A stretch of DNA of 11,953 bases, from the NCBI GenBank assembly GCA_044236265.1, contig JBIIGV010000085.1, positions 1 through 11,953 of the forward strand, written 5' to 3'. The notes beneath the pieces are model-generated. The model saw only the letters and a list, made by a program, of their open reading frames with translations, had not been told where the DNA came from and ran no database searches. The translations under genes were made by a program, and so were the position numbers. Positions 6,901-11,953 of the stretch are shown piece after piece. The DNA is from Oligoflexales bacterium. Lineage in GTDB: Bacteria; Bdellovibrionota_B; Oligoflexia; Oligoflexales; RGVZ01. Position 1 is the stretch's first letter; each line of letters starts with the position of its first letter.

Positions 6901-9104
6901 TTTGGACCGACAAAAATGAGCTAAATATAAGCGAAAACTTCATGCTTAGCTCTCTTTACGCGCAAGCCGGCTCAATTGACAGCGCTCAAACTTACCTCCT
7001 AAAAATCTTGAACAATCCCGAAATATTAAATCATCCAGCGGTTCTAAAGGCCGGATTGGACATGCTATCTCGATGTCGTCTGGATAAAGCACATTTCGCA
7101 ACGATCACACAAACCCTCTTGTCATGGGCGCGCACAGGCACTGACTCCCAATTGACTGATTATTTGATCGAACGCTCGATTGAATGGCAGGTAGCGAGTA
7201 ATGAAGATCTGAACGCAATGTTTAAAAATCATTTCCACGTCGAATCAGCTGATCGACTCGCGACCATGGCTGTACAAATTCTATCAAAAGCTGAACGCAG
7301 TGGCGGCAATGTGCAACGTATGATCAACGATTGGCGGGAGCAGTTCTCATTAGTGGATCAACAGCCAAAATGGCTTGAGATGGTAGCCATACTAAATAAA
7401 GATCGTTATCTGGGATTACTTAAGAAAAACGCCAGAAGCGAGGTCATACACTTTTTTGCGAACCACTTATATAGCAGCGACAGCCGTCGACTTGACTCGA
7501 TTCCAGTGTTTGAAACGCTAGCCCAGGAGAATCCACTAGATAACCGTTCTTGGATTCCCCTTTATTCCCTTTATGAGGAGACCGGAGCAAGACAAAAGCT
7601 CATTAGCCACTTAGAGCGAGTTATACCGCTGATCCAAAAAGACAGAAGTATTCTAGAACAGACGCCGTTCACCCTTGAATCCCTGACAAATTCACTGCGG
7701 AAGGCTCGAGCTGCGAATCAAGGCGGATTTGAACTCCATATAGATAGAGCATCCAGCAAGCAAAAGGACTTTGAGATTCAGGAAAGAGCTGCTCAAATGC
7801 AGAAGGCCTGGATCTCAGCCACACCAATGATTCAGATCGGGCTTCCGCAAATCGCATTGCAGTCTGAAAGTGACACCAACCCTACTGGCCAGAATTCCGG
7901 CAATAATACATGGTCGAGCGGAATGAACGCGTTTGACGCGGGAGCAGCAGTTTCTCTCGCCCCAGAGACGGACCATCAGCCTATTCATCAATTCTCGGAA
8001 ACGAGCAACACTGAAAAAACGCTCGTTGAGAACCCCGACGAGGCAGGATCCCGGTTTGAGGGTTTGGATTTAGAGACGGGATCTCGGACTGGTCGCAATC
8101 CTCAGATTAATTGGCGAGACTTAATTGTTTCTGAGCGTGTGTCACCAGGCACAACCGAACGGATCATGACGATGGCTTTTGCTAGTGATATCGAAAAGCA
8201 CATCGCCGTCCAGTGCATCGCCTTGATTAACGGAGACATGAGAGCCCTCGACGCTTGGCATTGGCAAGCCTGGAGGAAGCCTGAAACATGTGACTATAGC
8301 CTTTCGCCAAAAGGTCGAATGCCGGATTTCAGTAACTTGAAACATTACGGTGGACCATTGCATAAACTACTAAGGCTTATGCAACCCATATTGACGCGCG
8401 CTGCTCGTAGTCGTTTTGTAATCGACGCAAAACTGCAGGAACTTGGAATCCCGTCCTCCGTACAAATATCACCGGTTGAATTCGAACACCCAATCATGGA
8501 TCGATTGAGCTTGTCATTTTTCCGACCTCATATCGAAGCGGCAAAGATTCGCTTTATGGATACCCCAGGAATGGGGAATCATGTCTTTTTTGATCTGCGC
8601 ACGCGATTCATTCATTTTGACGCCCAGTGGCAAGCAAGACTCCCTAGAACCGTACTTGCACATAAATTTATAGAATTGATCGTGAATCATCAACGTGGCC
8701 AAAACGTTTTGATCGAACTTAACCCTGTTACGCAGATACTTCCCATACTGGATGATATTTCGTCTGTATTGACCTCAAGTGGGATCGCAAGACTGCAAAT
8801 TGCATTTGGCATCCAACATAGAGACATCAGCCAGGATCTTCGCCACATCAACAAGGACCAACTTGTGTCACTACTTTCCGTCGCAGGAAAACCAAGCGCC
8901 AGAGATATCAAGGCGCTTCAATATGAAATGAAGATCAAGACCCTAGCAACGATTCTTGCTTCCACCCTGGATGTTGTCGGCATTATGGAGTCCTTATGCG
9001 AAAGGGACTTGTTTGAAAATGGAGTGTTGACGCCTAAATCAATTTTAAAAATGAATCCACTGGCCAAAGAAATACTTGAATTAGCTACTAATCTAAAAAT
9101 CTAA
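3927..9104 (+). CDS. Very large (1725 aa) TPR/alpha-solenoid protein with a low-complexity linker and a distinct C-terminal domain
   Basis: Uninterrupted 5.2-kb ORF with GGAG upstream of ATG 3927. TPR-like segments include CWNVALENSSQNPRILRKISQMAKTSGN, LERALGLCNDDPTLALQIAEILAINGRHRDVLTHLDAVL and FETLAQENPLDNRSWIPLYSLYEETGARQKLISHLERVI. A polar S/T/N/E/G-rich linker spans about 7860-8100. No signal peptide or transmembrane helix is evident. Confidence 0.85.
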   Translation: MSETSAILEALLEENGYQKSISGHDVIWRLQNDDAKSTIQGRVEILERKSLFHITKCQLRLNPESIAQKIRANFKKRFTRTASWMHTIETDGRIRIIAEVSAAPDIKTTGVETPARRSTKMGTCIGWTVNISHINSQISLQITDTFLIGDYISHWWPDLVTSVAESYTPFSLKAWTPRHLAEFQIPLAIAGGKAKKAKSQRRPFNETMVVELPIPLKITKSRDLITLETTLEPATQAETPLEIIEARETSETWKSIDTKILLRKQPDAVARHVPLDNDVLMRLAAEPNLKIEHPKKDLVAIIDSTTDRSLMSMTGITQLASRLESQKSIIQHLSATIRQISETYGAIDSLDPLSRVVPETLGDAWASVDPNMAYRCWNVALENSSQNPRILRKISQMAKTSGNLDIEIDATLKILAHGRRKVEIAEGANRLVEIMESGSGATEAWASKITDGLERALGLCNDDPTLALQIAEILAINGRHRDVLTHLDAVLSQTEKSRDAQLIFKTNLIMARIWHKKEGNIKLANYRYNSALSSGAKISDNELAEFEQFFIESKNSDGVERVMQMRASQPDPQARVKALHRSALYNHKDGNLQKSSTNVIELLSEGIVDIQYLTILESANQQLPTMTQALVIAMMRADISGLTKDEQIRWKLSATRAGLEIPELQSDAIVAMTTPGILPLLSSKEANIILKHKLAHADSIDVSNFISNRLPYADQQEYQHLLVTVTEKDLISADGLYENAFASLAGQSQNLSLSKARLLKHIQSERVKELRALLKAHEISLQGTPQVTSLRDNAIDQICASQNQIFAEELEDLCSAAISDTSPGSASRNTIIHTLIASGFLAIGKGFLINEIESGNICIVDETVVESLLADDTQSLADWHKLCRNTTNDPKRRLAHSQRYFDLWMRTNERPSFLIDVLEDFGSRQPLSVEKLELLEFLCVRERKLERWLKQIANKISSSDQDGQNDLLCWAVRVINSRLDNFERSAEFCIQVWTDKNELNISENFMLSSLYAQAGSIDSAQTYLLKILNNPEILNHPAVLKAGLDMLSRCRLDKAHFATITQTLLSWARTGTDSQLTDYLIERSIEWQVASNEDLNAMFKNHFHVESADRLATMAVQILSKAERSGGNVQRMINDWREQFSLVDQQPKWLEMVAILNKDRYLGLLKKNARSEVIHFFANHLYSSDSRRLDSIPVFETLAQENPLDNRSWIPLYSLYEETGARQKLISHLERVIPLIQKDRSILEQTPFTLESLTNSLRKARAANQGGFELHIDRASSKQKDFEIQERAAQMQKAWISATPMIQIGLPQIALQSESDTNPTGQNSGNNTWSSGMNAFDAGAAVSLAPETDHQPIHQFSETSNTEKTLVENPDEAGSRFEGLDLETGSRTGRNPQINWRDLIVSERVSPGTTERIMTMAFASDIEKHIAVQCIALINGDMRALDAWHWQAWRKPETCDYSLSPKGRMPDFSNLKHYGGPLHKLLRLMQPILTRAARSRFVIDAKLQELGIPSSVQISPVEFEHPIMDRLSLSFFRPHIEAAKIRFMDTPGMGNHVFFDLRTRFIHFDAQWQARLPRTVLAHKFIELIVNHQRGQNVLIELNPVTQILPILDDISSVLTSSGIARLQIAFGIQHRDISQDLRHINKDQLVSLLSVAGKPSARDIKALQYEMKIKTLATILASTLDVVGIMESLCERDLFENGVLTPKSILKMNPLAKEILELATNLKI

Positions 9105-9105
9105 A

Positions 9106-10083
9106 TTATTTCATCTCACGAAATAACAAAGACGAGTCGAGCGAAGCCGATCCCGCTAGCAGAGCCAACCACCGATCAAATCCCAGTGCGTTTCCGGCGC
9201 AGGGCTTTATAAAGTTTTTCATCGCAAGATAAAAATCCTCATCCTCTGGGGAATCTGGATAGCCATGCGACCGTCTCAAGGCCATCGCCTCTCCAATGCG
9301 CTTGCGATTCTCGGACTCACCGGTCAACTCATAAAAACCATTACACAGCTCGACACGCCCCAGGTAAAATTCAAATCGCGACGCTCTTCCATTTTGGACC
9401 ACTGCAAGAGCCGACTGCGACGGCGGATAATCCATCAGGACACAGCCTTTAATCTTGGCAATTTGCGGCTCAATTTTTTCAATGAGAGTTTTGAAGTAGG
9501 CTATTTCAAAGTCGTCGGTATTTTGCACCGATAAAACGCCAGCCTCAATTGCTTTTTTCGCAAGCTCAGGATCCCCATCAATAAGATCAATGCCTCCCCA
9601 TGATTTAAAGGCATCAAATACACCAATCCATTCAAATTTCTTTGGCAGTAGATCGGGATCTTTTATTTCATAAAGCCTCGCAAACGCGTCTGCCGTCTCT
9701 CGCAGATAGTCTTCTGTCTCTTTGATCATTTGGTGATATGACATTCCTGAACAATACCACTCGAGCATTGTAAATTCTGGATTATGCCATTCACTCATTT
9801 CACCATGATTACGAAAGCAAGGACCAATCTGAAATGACTTTTCGACACCTAAAGCCATGATGCGCTTCATATGCAACTCAGGACTGCTACGAAGCCAGCG
9901 CTGATGTTTCTTTTGCGCGTGATCGGACCATGACGTCTCAAAATACTGAAGATGAACCTCGGTACCAGGACAACGGGTAACAACCGGTGTGTCTACTTCC
10001 AGGTATCCTCGTGTCTCAAAAAAACCACGAGTCGCCTTACGCAGGGCGTCACGGCGTTTTAGAACCGTTAACCCGTCGTTCAT
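9106..10083 (-). CDS. epmA: EF-P lysine aminoacylase (EpmA/GenX/PoxA), a LysRS catalytic-domain paralog
   Basis: 325 aa with no anticodon-binding domain. Motifs RGFFETRGYLEVDTP, LRSSPELHMKR, FQIGPCFRN.E...WHNPEFTMLEWY, RFEFYLGRVELCNGFYELT and CAGNALGFDR. Confidence 0.95.
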   Translation of the reverse strand: MNDGLTVLKRRDALRKATRGFFETRGYLEVDTPVVTRCPGTEVHLQYFETSWSDHAQKKHQRWLRSSPELHMKRIMALGVEKSFQIGPCFRNHGEMSEWHNPEFTMLEWYCSGMSYHQMIKETEDYLRETADAFARLYEIKDPDLLPKKFEWIGVFDAFKSWGGIDLIDGDPELAKKAIEAGVLSVQNTDDFEIAYFKTLIEKIEPQIAKIKGCVLMDYPPSQSALAVVQNGRASRFEFYLGRVELCNGFYELTGESENRKRIGEAMALRRSHGYPDSPEDEDFYLAMKNFIKPCAGNALGFDRWLALLAGSASLDSSLLFREMK

Positions 10084-11953
10084 CAGTGCAGCTCCTTCGG
10101 AACGCCCTCATAGACAAGCTCTCCGCCAGCATCGGCTGCGCCGGGACCAATCGCCAAACACCAGTCGGCTGCTCGAATCACATCCTGATTGTGCTCCACG
10201 ACAATGAGCGTTGCGCCTGCGTCAGCTAATTCACGCATGACAGAAATAAGTCGCGTCACGTCTTCAAAATGCAGTCCCGTAGTCGGCTCATCCAGAATTA
10301 AAACACTTCCCTGCCCCATTTTCTTTGAGAAATACGGCACCATCTTAAGTCGTTGAGCCTCACCGCCAGAAAGGCTGGCACTTGGCTGTCCAAGCTTTAA
10401 GTACCCCAACCCCAAACTTTGCGCGGGAGCTAACTTCTGGATAATTTTCTTGTGATGAGCAAAGCGCGCTACAGCTTCATCAACACTTAGATTTAAAACA
10501 TCATAAATAGAGAGACCATTAAACTTCACATCCAGTACGTGTGAGCGAAATCGTCTGCCCCGGCAAACAGGGCATTGCACCCGCGCATCAGCTAAAAAGC
10601 GCATCGTCAGATTAAGCTCTCCTCGACCTTTGCACTCAGGACAACGGCCACCCTCTACATGAATCGAGAACGACTTCGCCGTAAGCCCTGCCACTTGGGC
10701 ATCTGGCAACGAGGCATAAAGATCACGGAGATCACCTAGAACATCCAGATATGTTGCAGGCATACTCACGCTACTTTTTGCGACTGGACGCCGATCAATT
10801 AAATCAACGCGCAGCAAGTCATCATGCCCCGTAAAAGACTCGCAATGGACCCAGGATTTTTTCTTTGCCTTCTTCTCATCAAGATTCATGGCAGCTAAAA
10901 GATTAGGGACCAACACTCCTAAAACAAGACTACTCTTACCCGCCCCACTGACACCGGTAACGACGGTCATAGCTTCCAGCGGAATGCGCGCCTTGCTCAT
11001 CCGTAAATTATTGATCTTTGGTTTTTGTATCTCGAGAAATCTCGATTTAGAACGATCAATTTTCTTGCGAGTGATAGCCACCGGCTTACGCACGAGCCAC
11101 TCAGCAGTCTTCGACATCTTGATAAATTTGCCGGCATCCTTCGGGATAAACGAAGCCTGCAAATGCCCTCCGTCAGCTCCACCCGTTGGACCGAGGTCCA
11201 CAATATAATCAGCGGCCCGCATGATATCTTCGTCATGATCAACGATTAGAATCGTGTTCCCCTGATCACGAAGTGCTTTAAGACTTTGAATCATCGTCGC
11301 AAGCTCTGTGTGATGAAGTCCCTGACTGGGCTCATCGAGAACATAAAGGATTCCCCTCAGGTTCTCGCTCAAGACTCCCGAAAGCTTGACGCGTTGCGCT
11401 TCGCCCCCCGACAAACTTCGCACACGTCGAGCCAGCGAGAGATAACCAATATTCATGTCCACCAAACGACCAATGGATGCGCAAACCTCCGAGTAAACGC
11501 GTTCGAACGCTGGATTGCCGTTCAGATTGCCACGAACGGCGAGATCAGCGAACTGCTGACGCAGGTGGGTGAGCGGCATATTCAGAATTTCGTGGATCGT
11601 CTTGCCGCCTAGAAGGATTGCTTCTGCGTCCTTTTGGACTCCTGTCCCGTAACAGGTTTCGCAGCGCACCTCGGTCTCACCTAAAACCTCCTCATCATCC
11701 ACCCCATCTTCGGACTCAACGACATCAAGCTCGCCGTAGCCATCACAGTCGTCACATCGTCCAAGAGAGTTAGAATTGAAGTAACGAGAATCCAGGCGTG
11801 GCCATGAAAATCCACATTCGGGACAACCGGCCTGAGTCGAAAACACATGTTTTCCATCAACATTCCAACGTCCTTTGTCGTCTACAAATACCCATTCACC
11901 GTATCCACCCGACTGTTCCAGCACAGCCTGTACACCGCGAATCAGCCTCTCGG
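10083..11953 (-). CDS. uvrA: Excinuclease ABC subunit A (UvrA), C-terminal part; 5' end lies outside the window
   Basis: The frame is open to the right edge (..ERLIRGVQAVLEQSGG). It has two ABC signatures LSGGEAQR, Walker B motifs YVLDEPSQGLH and ILDEPTTGLH, Walker A GVSGAGKSS, CxxC pairs including the GGRCPECKGRG...CPVCRGRRF zinc finger, and Gly-rich GPTGGADGG / GPGAADAGG loops. Confidence 0.95.
   Translation of the reverse strand, partial: ERLIRGVQAVLEQSGGYGEWVFVDDKGRWNVDGKHVFSTQAGCPECGFSWPRLDSRYFNSNSLGRCDDCDGYGELDVVESEDGVDDEEVLGETEVRCETCYGTGVQKDAEAILLGGKTIHEILNMPLTHLRQQFADLAVRGNLNGNPAFERVYSEVCASIGRLVDMNIGYLSLARRVRSLSGGEAQRVKLSGVLSENLRGILYVLDEPSQGLHHTELATMIQSLKALRDQGNTILIVDHDEDIMRAADYIVDLGPTGGADGGHLQASFIPKDAGKFIKMSKTAEWLVRKPVAITRKKIDRSKSRFLEIQKPKINNLRMSKARIPLEAMTVVTGVSGAGKSSLVLGVLVPNLLAAMNLDEKKAKKKSWVHCESFTGHDDLLRVDLIDRRPVAKSSVSMPATYLDVLGDLRDLYASLPDAQVAGLTAKSFSIHVEGGRCPECKGRGELNLTMRFLADARVQCPVCRGRRFRSHVLDVKFNGLSIYDVLNLSVDEAVARFAHHKKIIQKLAPAQSLGLGYLKLGQPSASLSGGEAQRLKMVPYFSKKMGQGSVLILDEPTTGLHFEDVTRLISVMRELADAGATLIVVEHNQDVIRAADWCLAIGPGAADAGGELVYEGVPKELH

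Noticed and set aside
4007..8911. Short alternative-frame and antisense ORFs inside the 1725-aa gene
   Set aside because: All are under 100 aa, nested and without motifs, as expected by chance.
9106..10083. Call as lysyl-tRNA synthetase (lysS)
   Set aside because: It is too short, lacks the OB-fold anticodon-binding domain, and has the EpmA-type SPELHMKR and MLEWY motifs.
9265..11863. Nested ORFs in epmA and uvrA, and the ORF-track start of uvrA at 11924
   Set aside because: The nested ORFs are shadows of conserved genes. The uvrA frame stays open to the window edge and the first Walker A is missing, so 11924 is not the true start.
1..11953. CRISPR arrays, tRNA/rRNA, IS elements, prophage or known anti-phage defence genes
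   Set aside because: By eye I found no periodic repeats, RNA-gene signatures, or transposase, integrase, nuclease, NACHT or TIR motifs.

Overview
Bacterial chromosomal window with six protein-coding genes; I found no RNA gene, mobile element or CRISPR array. Left, minus strand: (1) a lipoprotein with divergent patatin-like motifs that runs off the left edge and is missing from the ORF track (<1-917); (2) a DUF4301-like, probable UDPGP-type nucleotidyltransferase; (3) an unknown ~410-aa protein with an internal tandem repeat of a winged-helix-like unit and a HEAT-like C-terminus. Transcribed divergently is a 1725-aa TPR-rich protein whose C-terminal domain looks like a degenerate zinc-peptidase fold. 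Converging on it from the right are the C-terminal part of an atypical uvrA, which lacks the insertion domain, and epmA (EF-P lysyltransferase), coupled by a TGATG overlap. The gene content suggests a Bdellovibrionota/Oligoflexia- or Myxococcota-like organism (inference only). All family calls come from motif recognition by eye, not from database searches.
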